The translations under genes were made by a program, and so were the position numbers. The notes beneath the pieces were generated by a model, which ran no database searches, was not told the origin of the DNA, and saw nothing but the letters and a program-made list of their open reading frames with translations. A stretch of 64,000 bases of DNA, taken from contig CAJIYX010000016.1 of assembly GCA_905181725.1 (NCBI GenBank), positions 1,738-65,737 on the forward strand, read 5' to 3'. The first letter of the stretch is position 1; the number at the start of each line of letters is the position of its first letter. The stretch comes from Alphaproteobacteria bacterium UBA830. Its GTDB lineage: Bacteria; Pseudomonadota; Alphaproteobacteria; MPNO01; UBA830. Shown one piece after another: positions 36,528 to 44,242 of the stretch.

Positions 36528-38137
36528 ATGACCACAGGATTTACGCGTTTCGCGGCCATTGCGGTTGCGACAGCAAGCATTTTGACGGCGCAGAGTGCGG
36601 CGGCGGGGGTACTCATTACCTCAAACCCCACCCGAAGCGATTGGTTTGATCCAGGTAACTGGGTTGGGCGGGAATACACCCGACACAGTGGGGGAAGACG
36701 CTCGGCTTACTACCGGGATGATTGTCACCGTGAATGACTTTTCCATCGGTGGCATCAAGCCCCACTCATCACAGTCATTATTCATGGGTACGAACGGATC
36801 AAACACCGGCACTCTGCGGCTTAACGGTATATCTGGTTCGGTCGGCGCGGGCACCGCGGGCTTCGACAGCAGCACCTGTCGCCCACCTCGCGGTCAGCGG
36901 CAGTGGCGTGTTCACAAATGCCGGATCAAGCACTCTGGCAATTGACCGGATCAGCGTGAGTGGCAACGGATTTCTCCGCAATCTCACCAATCCCAGCGGG
37001 CGCATGGACCTCGGCGCCGGTCAGCACCAAATAGAAGATTCCGGCGGGATGGACAACACGGGTATCCTGCAACTGTCCGGGACCCTGACCCTGCGCAACA
37101 ACAGCGAGGTCCTGAACGATAGCCCCGGTGATTTCTCGAATTCAGGTGGTCAATTTTTCATCGCAAACACGAACAAATTCGAAAACAAAGGATCATTCAC
37201 GCACTCAGCAGGCCTGATGCAAACAACAAGTGCCGGTCAGCTTCTGAATAGCGACACGTTCTCCATAACCGGCGGTAATCGCCTCCTGCTGGGCACTACG
37301 CAGAGCCTGAACACGGATAATTTTTCCCAGACATCCGGCAACACAGATATTGGAAGTGGTTTCTTCGTCAATTCGAACACTTTCAATAATATTGGCAATT
37401 ACAACCACAACGGCAGCACGACGAATATCAATAACGGCGCGATACTGCTGAACGACTTCTTTTACACTCACAACGACGGCGCCCTGACGGTGCACGCCGG
37501 CGGGCAGTTCACCAACAGCCTCATCAACACCCTTAACGGCGGGACGGTCCAGGTAAGTGCCGGCGGCACGCTCAACGGCACCGGTTCCACATCTCTGAAC
37601 GGCGGCACGCTGGTTATGAACGGCCTGATGGTCCAGTCCGGCGTGACAATCACGGACAGTACGCTGCAGGGATCCGGAACGGTGCGTAGTCACGTGAACA
37701 ATACCGGCGGCACGGTCGGCCCCGGTAATTCGCCGGACACGCTGACGGTCGACGGCAATTACACGCAAGGGTCCGGCGGCACGCTGGCGATGGAAATAGA
37801 CTCCCTGCTTTCCTGTGACGTGCTCGACATCAGCGGCATCGCGGCGCTGGACGGTATTCTCGACCTGACGGTCGATGCCGGGTATGCGGCCTCGGCAATG
37901 GACGGCGACAGCTTCACTATCGTTGAATGGGACAGTTTTTCGGGCGCGTTCGCGACCGTGAACGGGCTTAACTTCGCCACCGGCAAGTTTTTCACCCTGC
38001 ATTACGGCGAAAGCGGCCTGACGCTGACGGTGAATGCCCAGACCGTCGTCGGCGTGCCGGAACCCGGCACGATCGCGCTGTTCGGGCTGGGTGTGGCCGG
38101 GATCGGGTTCGCCCGGCGGCGTCGGCAGCGGTCTTAA
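36528..38137 (+). pseudogene. Large beta-helix-like PEP-CTERM surface protein with two +1 frameshifts
   Basis: Signal peptide MTTGFTRFAAIAVATASILTAQSAAA...DWFDPGNWVG; shift near 36667 to GNTPDTVG...FDSST; shift near 36876 to VAHLAVSG...GPGNSPDTLTVDGNYTQ...VPEPGTIALFGLGVAGIGFARRRRQRS. Confidence 0.85.
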
Positions 38138-38146
38138 AGTAAGACC

Positions 38147-38172
38147 GTCATCCCCGCGAAAGCCGGGATGAC
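38147..38172. repeat. REP-like hairpin with a GAAA tetraloop
   Basis: GTCATCCC-CGCGAAAGCC-GGGATGAC. Confidence 0.65.
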
Positions 38173-38187
38173 GCCTCAATAAAATTC

Positions 38188-38273
38188 TATTCCCCCGCCC
38201 TTGTGGCGGGGGCCCATTTTTGACAACGCGCCTTTTGTCCGCCCTGGGTCCCCGCCACAAGGGCGGGGGAATA
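38188..38273. repeat. REPIN/MITE-like 29-bp inverted repeat pair
   Basis: TATTCCCCCGCCCTTGTGGCGGGGGCCCA (38188-38216) and TGGGTCCCCGCCACAAGGGCGGGGGAATA (38245-38273); one mismatch, 28-nt spacer. Confidence 0.85.
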
Positions 38274-38313
38274 ATACTATTAAAACCCAATGAAGCCGTG
38301 GCGGCTCTCGTAT

Positions 38314-39384
38314 CTACGCCGCCGCGACGCCGTCGGTTTTCTGCTCATCCCCGTACAGGCGGCGCAGAACACGGCGCATGGCCAGCAGGCCTTCATCGGC
38401 CGGGATCGTGCCACGCGGGTTCGCATCGCGGCTGGGGGATTGCGGGTCCATATCGATGGCGCGCTGCTGGGCCTCGTAAATATCGAGATCCTCTTTGAGC
38501 ACGCCGTCCATCTGTTCGACGAACAGGCCGCGCATGTGATCCGGCACCATGTCCCTGTGCCCGGCGACGGTCCAGAACTGGTGCGTCGTGGTCTCGGTCT
38601 CGGGCGTCATCGCGTGATAGACGACGAAGCCCCACTTACCCTGATCGTTATTGCGCGTGTCGGTATCGGCACCGACCCCGGCATCGACCGAGCCGTTATT
38701 GATATTGATATAGGCAGGCGGCAGGAACTGGCTCATCTGCCAGCGGTCGATATTGGTCTCGTACCCGGCATATTCACGAAACGCGAGCGCCGGTTCGATA
38801 TCTTCCATCCAGCGCGTCACCCGCACGTTGTCGTCTTCCAGATCGACCGACAGGTTGGCGGCTTCCGCGACCGCGCGATTGCCGGTGGTCGAGCCATGCA
38901 CATAGGTCAGGTGCGACAGGTCCAGCAGGTTGTCGAGCACGAGGCGGTATCCGGCCTTCACGTATGTCTGGCCCTGCGCGCGGATCCAGTCTTCATCCAG
39001 GTTGTGCTTCGGGTATGCGGGGATGGTCGCTTCATCGGCAAGCGCGGGGTCGCCCGGCCAGTAGAATACCCAGCCATGGCGTTCGGCGACCGGATAGGTG
39101 CGCACTGTCGCCCAGTCCGGCGGCGTAGGCGAGCCCGGCAGATGGGTGCAACTGCCGGAACAGTCATAGACCATGCCGTGATAGCCGCATTCGATCTCGT
39201 CGCCGATCAACCGGCCTTCGGAGAGCGGCAGGTTGCGATGCGGACAGCGGTTTTCAAGGGCGACCGGCGTGCCGTCTTCCTTGCGGTAGAGCACGACATA
39301 TTCGTTCAGAAGAACGCGCCCCAGGAGTTCGCGCCCGACGTCTTTCGACCAGGCGGCTACGTACCAGGCATTTTTCAGGAACAT
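38314..39384 (-). CDS. VanA-type Rieske oxygenase (O-demethylase-like, alpha-only type)
   Basis: MFLKNAWYVAAW, CPHRNLPLSEG...CGYHG, DNLLDLSHLTYVH, NIDRWQ, HAMTPET, EDLDIYEAQQ, DEG...RR. Confidence 0.92.
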   Translation of the reverse strand: MFLKNAWYVAAWSKDVGRELLGRVLLNEYVVLYRKEDGTPVALENRCPHRNLPLSEGRLIGDEIECGYHGMVYDCSGSCTHLPGSPTPPDWATVRTYPVAERHGWVFYWPGDPALADEATIPAYPKHNLDEDWIRAQGQTYVKAGYRLVLDNLLDLSHLTYVHGSTTGNRAVAEAANLSVDLEDDNVRVTRWMEDIEPALAFREYAGYETNIDRWQMSQFLPPAYININNGSVDAGVGADTDTRNNDQGKWGFVVYHAMTPETETTTHQFWTVAGHRDMVPDHMRGLFVEQMDGVLKEDLDIYEAQQRAIDMDPQSPSRDANPRGTIPADEGLLAMRRVLRRLYGDEQKTDGVAAA

Positions 39385-39483
39385 CTTTTTTCTCCCACGA
39401 CGGTATATGTCTGTCCACGTCTGACTGCTTCCGACCACGTCTGTCTAGATTTTACCACGGCCGCCCGGCGCCGCATATTTCAT

Positions 39484-39539
39484 CAGTATACCCCGTTAAT
39501 TCCTGTTCACAACCGGATTCAACAAATCTCAGTATACTG
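39484..39539. promoter_or_regulatory. Two putative MarR operator sites in the Rieske/MarR2 divergent promoter
   Basis: CAGTATACCC (39484-39493) and perfect CAGTATACTG (39530-39539). Confidence 0.6.
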
Positions 39540-39567
39540 CGGACTGCCCAGCCGATATGGTTTCGCC

Positions 39568-40089
39568 ATGACAGAAACCAAACCTAAAACCGGCGGCTCT
39601 TCAACGAGCACCGGATCTGGCGGCTCATTAACGAGCCTGTGGGAACGCCCCGGCTATCTTGTCCGTCGGCTGCATCAGATCCATGTCGCTATCTTTCTGG
39701 ACGAATGCAGCGATTACGCCACCACGCCGGTGCAGTATGCGGTGATGACCGCCCTACTCAACAATCCCGGCGCGGATCAGGTCACGCTTGCCAATGATGC
39801 CGGAATCGATCGCACAAATATCTCCGACGTGCTCGCGCGGCTGGCGGAGCGCGGCCTGGTCAAACGCGAAGCGGGGAAACAGGACCGCCGGATGCGGGTC
39901 GCCAATCTGACCCAAGAGGGCGACCGGATCGCCCGCGATATGGAACACGCATCGCTCAGCGCGCAAGCCCGGCTGATGGCGCCGCTCTCGGCGGAAAAAC
40001 GCGATCAGCTCATGTCATTGATGGGCGAACTGGTCGATGCCAATAACGAATTCAGCCGTGCACCCGCCCGCAAACGTCCCGCCGATTAA
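39568..40089 (+). CDS. MarR family regulator (PcaV/MobR-like), paralog 2
   Basis: LWERPGYLVRRLHQIHVAIF...TPVQYAVM...DQVTLANDAGIDRTN...DRRMR; clearly homologous to the MarR at 28801. Confidence 0.92.
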   Translation: MTETKPKTGGSSTSTGSGGSLTSLWERPGYLVRRLHQIHVAIFLDECSDYATTPVQYAVMTALLNNPGADQVTLANDAGIDRTNISDVLARLAERGLVKREAGKQDRRMRVANLTQEGDRIARDMEHASLSAQARLMAPLSAEKRDQLMSLMGELVDANNEFSRAPARKRPAD

Positions 40090-40111
40090 TACCCCCGACA
40101 AGAACCTCCCA

Positions 40112-40140
40112 TAAAAAAAGGGGCGGCCGAAGCCACCCCT
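40112..40140 (-). terminator. Intrinsic terminator after dctP
   Basis: Minus strand AGGGGTGGC-TTCG-GCCGCCCCT followed by a T run (cUUCGg tetraloop). Confidence 0.85.
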
Positions 40141-40168
40141 GATTTTCGCATTCGCTAAAAAGCGCGAT

Positions 40169-41173
40169 TTACATGTTGCGCTTGGCCGCGTCCTTGAGCA
40201 GGCCGTAAATCTTGCGCACGCCTTCGTTCTTGTGCTTACCGAGGAATTCGTCGCCCAGCGGACGCACGGTGTCCATGAACGCTTTCTGATCGGCGGAGGA
40301 CAGGCGGATCACTTCGGCGCCGTTATCCTTCCATAGTTTTTCGGCTTTCTTGCCGAAAGCAGCAGCGGTGTCGTTGTTCCACTGACTCATGGCGGCAAGC
40401 TCGGACGTGACAGCGTCACGCTGTTTCGCCGACAGTTTTTTGAGCCAGATGTCGCTCACCATCACGACGCTGGGAATCATCCCGCTTTCGACAACGGTGA
40501 TCGACTTGGTGACCGTGAAGAACTTCGATCCGCCCATGACGATGATCGAGCTGCGCACCGCGTCGACCGTGCCGCGCTGCAACGCCGGCAGCACTTCGGT
40601 ATAGGGGATCGGCACACCGGCGGCGCCGAACTTGCGGACCAGGGTGCTTTCCATCTTGGTGGCGAGCACACGAATCTTGCGGCCCTTGAAGTCCGCCAAG
40701 GTGCGGATCGGTTTCTTGCTGGCGAATGAAGTCGGCCCGTAGACATACATCGATGCCATGGTGATGCCGCGCGCCGAAGCGAGCTTGGAATACGGTTTGA
40801 AGAACGCCGGATCATTCAGCGATTTAAACGCGTGGTTGATATCGGTGAACAGACCCGGGGCATCCGGCACCTGGAAGGCGGGATTAATCCCGACGAGGAA
40901 GCCCGGCGGCGTGATCAACGCTTCGAGCGTGCCGAACTGGAGACCTTCGATCATCCGCGGAATTTTCCCGATCTGACCGGCCGGGAAGATGCTGACCTTG
41001 ATGCCTAGTTCCTTGTTGCCGCCAATCCGTTTCTGGATTTCCTGCGCGATCGCGTGCTGCGGATCGTTGATAGTACCGTAGCCGATCTTCATTTCGCTTT
41101 GTGCGGTCGCAGCGGTCGCAAAACCAGCGACGGCGAGCGCCGCAATCGCGCCAAGATATTTGTGTGTCGTCAT
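40169..41173 (-). CDS. TRAP transporter substrate-binding protein (DctP family), no dctQM adjacent
   Basis: Signal peptide; FPAGQIG, VPDAPGLF, DFKGRKIRV, VPIPYTEVLPALQRGTVD. Confidence 0.9.
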   Translation of the reverse strand: MTTHKYLGAIAALAVAGFATAATAQSEMKIGYGTINDPQHAIAQEIQKRIGGNKELGIKVSIFPAGQIGKIPRMIEGLQFGTLEALITPPGFLVGINPAFQVPDAPGLFTDINHAFKSLNDPAFFKPYSKLASARGITMASMYVYGPTSFASKKPIRTLADFKGRKIRVLATKMESTLVRKFGAAGVPIPYTEVLPALQRGTVDAVRSSIIVMGGSKFFTVTKSITVVESGMIPSVVMVSDIWLKKLSAKQRDAVTSELAAMSQWNNDTAAAFGKKAEKLWKDNGAEVIRLSSADQKAFMDTVRPLGDEFLGKHKNEGVRKIYGLLKDAAKRNM

Positions 41174-41353
41174 CGTGACTCTCCCATTCAAAATAAAATC
41201 CCAGTCCAGACTCTAACGGGCGGCGCTCAACATGCCAATTATCGTTAGAAATCTAACCATCAGTATGGTGAGCGGTCTCGCAGCGAGTCAATAGAGCGGC
41301 ACCGCCGGATCGTGTTAAATGGACGGAAGGAAACAGGATAGAAGGACGCAAAA

Positions 41354-41758
41354 ATGACCAGTAAATCCGTCGGCACCAGCCCCGCAACAGTGGCCCCGCC
41401 TATGAAGCCCCATTATTCAAACAGTATCCGGACCAAAAGCGGCCCGCTGCTTTTCGTGGCCGGACAGGTCGCTCTGAACGCGGAGAGCAAGCTGGTCGGC
41501 GAAGGCGATATCCGGGCCCAGACAACGCAGGTGCTTGAAAATATCCGGGCCATCGTCGAAGCGAATGGCGCGACCATGGCCGATCTTGCGCAGGTGACGG
41601 TCTATGTCACGAACATAGCGGCGTTCAGCCTGGTTTCCGACATCCGCGAACGCTATTTCCCGGCCGACGGCCCGGCATCCGCAATTGTCGAGGTATCGGC
41701 GCTCGCCTGGCCGGAATTCCTGATCGAGATCTCCGCCGTCGCCGCGCTGCCCGGATAG
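41354..41758 (+). CDS. RidA/YjgF family imine deaminase
   Basis: HYSNSI, LFVAGQVAL, GDIRAQTTQVLENI, VYVTN, IRERYF, PASAIVEVSALAWPEFLIEISAVA (catalytic Arg present). Confidence 0.92.
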   Translation: MTSKSVGTSPATVAPPMKPHYSNSIRTKSGPLLFVAGQVALNAESKLVGEGDIRAQTTQVLENIRAIVEANGATMADLAQVTVYVTNIAAFSLVSDIRERYFPADGPASAIVEVSALAWPEFLIEISAVAALPG

Positions 41759-42354
41759 GGCATCCCGTCCACACCGATCAGCCCGCGCGACACCAGGTCA
41801 TCGACAGTGCGGCGGAACTGTTCGCCCGCCGCCGGGCGCTTCCAGGCCTCCAGCCAGTTCTGTTCGACAAAAGCGTGAATGGCCGGCTGACCGAGCACCG
41901 CCTCCCACAGGATGCCGAGCAACGACGCCATCAGCTCTTCATGCTCTTTGACCGTGTCGCTCGCATAGCGCGCGGCGTCTGCATCGGCCACGCAGCCAGT
42001 TTCAGGCCCGGCACCCAGACCAAAATCCGGCAGGTGGCGCCGGTCGGGCGGCGCGATCTGCCAGTGGGCAAGCTCATGGACCAGGACGGAGGCCTCGCTC
42101 TGCGTGCGGATCGCGTGGCCGTCCCAGCTGAACGCCGTCGACGGCTTTTCGTGAATGACCGGAACGCCGAATGACATGACAAGATCGAGCGCCGCCTGCC
42201 GATGCGCCGGTGTGTCATAGGGCGCATCGAATGCTGCACGGCTGCCCGCAATCAGATCGAACGCCGCCCGCGCCGGGGTGGCGAGGGCGAAGTAGGATTC
42301 AAACCCGGCAAGCGCTCTGGTCAAGGTATCGCGGTTTATCGGTGTCAATCTCAT
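41653..42354 (-). CDS. Hypothetical HExxH protein, distantly EpmC/YfcM-like
   Basis: VHELAHWQIAPPDRRHLPDFGLG...EHEE; the 3' end overlaps the RidA gene by about 106 bp. Confidence 0.6.
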   Translation of the reverse strand: MRLTPINRDTLTRALAGFESYFALATPARAAFDLIAGSRAAFDAPYDTPAHRQAALDLVMSFGVPVIHEKPSTAFSWDGHAIRTQSEASVLVHELAHWQIAPPDRRHLPDFGLGAGPETGCVADADAARYASDTVKEHEELMASLLGILWEAVLGQPAIHAFVEQNWLEAWKRPAAGEQFRRTVDDLVSRGLIGVDGMPYPGSAATAEISIRNSGQASADTSTIADAGPSAGK

Positions 42355-42440
42355 GGGGACGCAATATAGACCTGTCAGGCGGCAAATGCTTACATTCGGC
42401 TTGCCGGGCGGCGATGATCCCGGCGGGTGAAATCGGCCCA

Positions 42441-42481
42441 GACAGGTCGGTGACAGGTCGGCGGCAAGACGGCGGCAAGAC
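42441..42481. repeat. Two adjacent 11-bp tandem duplications
   Basis: (GACAGGTCGGN)2 followed by (CGGCGGCAAGA)2. Confidence 0.75.
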
Positions 42482-42494
42482 AGGACACAACGCG

Positions 42495-42954
42495 ATGGTA
42501 TATGGCTGGTCCGAAGACATGACAGCGGGCGACGCCGATACTATCGGCGACTACGTCGTGGATGAGGCCGAAATGGTTGCCTTCGCCGAGAAATAGGACC
42601 CGTTTCCCTTTTCATGTCGACCGCGAACAGGCTGCAAAATCCATCCATGGCGGACTGATCGCCTCGGGTGAGTACACCATGGAGATCAAACAGATACTGC
42701 TTCACAGGAAAGGTATCCCGCCTGGCGTAATGGTGTCGCTCGGCTCTGACGAACTGCGCTATCTCAAGCCGGTCCGGGCGGGCGACCGGATCAGCGTCCG
42801 GCTCGAAGTACTGGAAAAGCGGGAGTCCCGTTCAAAACCAGATCGTAGCATTGTGCGTGTCCGGACCACGCTGCAAAATCAGGACAATACGGACCTGCTG
42901 ACCTATATCGAGAATGTCCTCATTGCCAAGAACATTCCCGAAGAGACTTCATGA
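42495..42954 (+). pseudogene. MaoC-like dehydratase pseudogene
   Basis: MVYGWSEDMTAGD...VAFAEK*DPFPF (TAG 42594-96), then a +1 shift into HVDREQAAKSIHGGLIASG...LRYLKPVRAGD...SKPDRSIV. Confidence 0.85.
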
Positions 42955-43460
42955 CAAACGCCCCGCTCCCCTCGACGGCAGATACCGCCCCGGCGCTTTG
43001 AGTGTCCGACCTTCGGAAATCCTACCATCTTGGTAAGGACAGTATTCCGGTGCTGCAGGGCCTCTCGCTCAATATCGCGCCAGGCGAAATGGTGGCGATC
43101 ATGGTACCCAGCGGTTCGGGCAAGACGACGCTGATACAGGTCCGCGCCCGCCACCGCGAATTCGCCGTGCTGAAATCGATCGGCATCAGCCGTGGGCAAG
43201 TCGCCCGGATGCTGCTGATCGTAGGCACCATCATCGGCTGCGTCAGCGCAGCACTCTCGATCATCATCGGTAACGGGCTCGGCGCGAGCAACATCCGGTT
43301 TCTCTACCACTTCACCCAGTTCGACTACTTCCTGCGGATATCGCTGCCGGCGTGGCTCCATATCTCCGCATTCTGCACACTTACCTGCGTAATCGCTTCA
43401 ATCTACCTGGCATTTATCGCCAACCGGGCCTCTTCGACGGGATCGCTGCACTACGTATAG
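42951..43460 (+). pseudogene. Collapsed ABC exporter remnant: LolD/MacB ATPase N-terminus joined to an FtsX-type permease C-terminus
   Basis: ATGA-coupled to MaoC; TGA at 42999-43001; VSDLRKSY...VLQGLSLNIAPGEMVAIMVPSGSGKTTL joined directly to RHREFAVLKSIGISRGQV...ANRAS. Confidence 0.8.
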
Positions 43461-43468
43461 CGGCGAAC

Positions 43469-43484
43469 ATTAAAAAAGTTTAAT
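43469..43484. promoter_or_regulatory. Inverted repeat upstream of the response regulator (possible autoregulatory box)
   Basis: ATTAA-N6-TTAAT, about 70 bp upstream of the ATG at 43556. Confidence 0.3.
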
Positions 43485-43555
43485 CGGCCCAGGCTTGCGA
43501 AACCCGCCACTTGGCCCATACATATCTTGTGAACAACTGGGAAATCAGTCGATCC

Positions 43556-44242
43556 ATGCGCGTTCTGGTTATTGAAGACGATGCCGATGTCGCCATCTAT
43601 ATCGTGAAGGCGCTGGCGGAGGCCGGCCACAATCCGTCCCATGCCGATAACGGCAAGGATGGACTGGTGATGGCAACCACCGAGAATTTCGATGTGCTGG
43701 TGGTCGACCGCATGCTGCCCGGCCCCGACGGGTTGACGATCATTCGCACGTTGCGGGCATCCGAAGACCAGACCCCGGCGCTGATCCTGAGCGCGCTGGG
43801 CGATGTCGACGACAAGGTAAAGGGCCTCAAGGCCGGTGGCGACGATTACCTGACCAAACCGTTTGCCGCCGCCGAACTGCTCGCCCGACTTGAGGCGCTG
43901 ACACGGCGCGCATCGGCCAAGGGCGAGCCGGCGGAGACGAAACTGTCGGTCGCCGATCTGGAGATGGACCTGCTGTCACGTTCGGTCAGCCGGGCCGGCA
44001 CATCAATCGATCTGCAGCCGCGCGAATTCCGGCTGCTCGAATGCCTGATGCGCAATGCCGGCAGTGTCGTCACCCGCACCATGCTGCTCGAAGACGTGTG
44101 GGATTATCATTTCGATCCGCAGACCAATGTCATCGACGTCCATGTCAGCCGGTTGCGCCAGAAGGTCGACAAGGATTTCGACACGCCCCTTATCCAGACG
44201 GTGCGCGGCGCCGGATACGTATTGCGCGAAGCAGATAAGTGA
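43556..44242 (+). CDS. OmpR-family response regulator
   Basis: MRVLVIEDD, VDRMLPGPDG, GGDDYLTKPF, LQPREFRLLE, VWDYHFDPQTNVIDVHVSRLR, TVRGAGY. Confidence 0.96.
   Translation: MRVLVIEDDADVAIYIVKALAEAGHNPSHADNGKDGLVMATTENFDVLVVDRMLPGPDGLTIIRTLRASEDQTPALILSALGDVDDKVKGLKAGGDDYLTKPFAAAELLARLEALTRRASAKGEPAETKLSVADLEMDLLSRSVSRAGTSIDLQPREFRLLECLMRNAGSVVTRTMLLEDVWDYHFDPQTNVIDVHVSRLRQKVDKDFDTPLIQTVRGAGYVLREADK

Noticed and set aside
38290-39567. N-terminal ~425 aa of the 599-aa ORF 38290-40089
   Set aside because: It is the antisense of the Rieske gene; only the part from ATG 39568 is a MarR.
21582-41758. Mobile genomic island with defined ends
   Set aside because: No integrase, transposase, tRNA attachment site or flanking direct repeats were seen; 'island' is used only functionally.
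23038-43460. Stop-codon reassignment or readthrough (several in-frame TAG/TGA at Trp positions)
   Set aside because: All three stop types occur in one gene, several of the genes also carry frameshifts, and intact genes here terminate normally at TAG, TGA and TAA.
43470-43483. Second CtrA site
   Set aside because: The spacing is TTAA-N6-TTAA, not N7; kept only as a weak inverted repeat.
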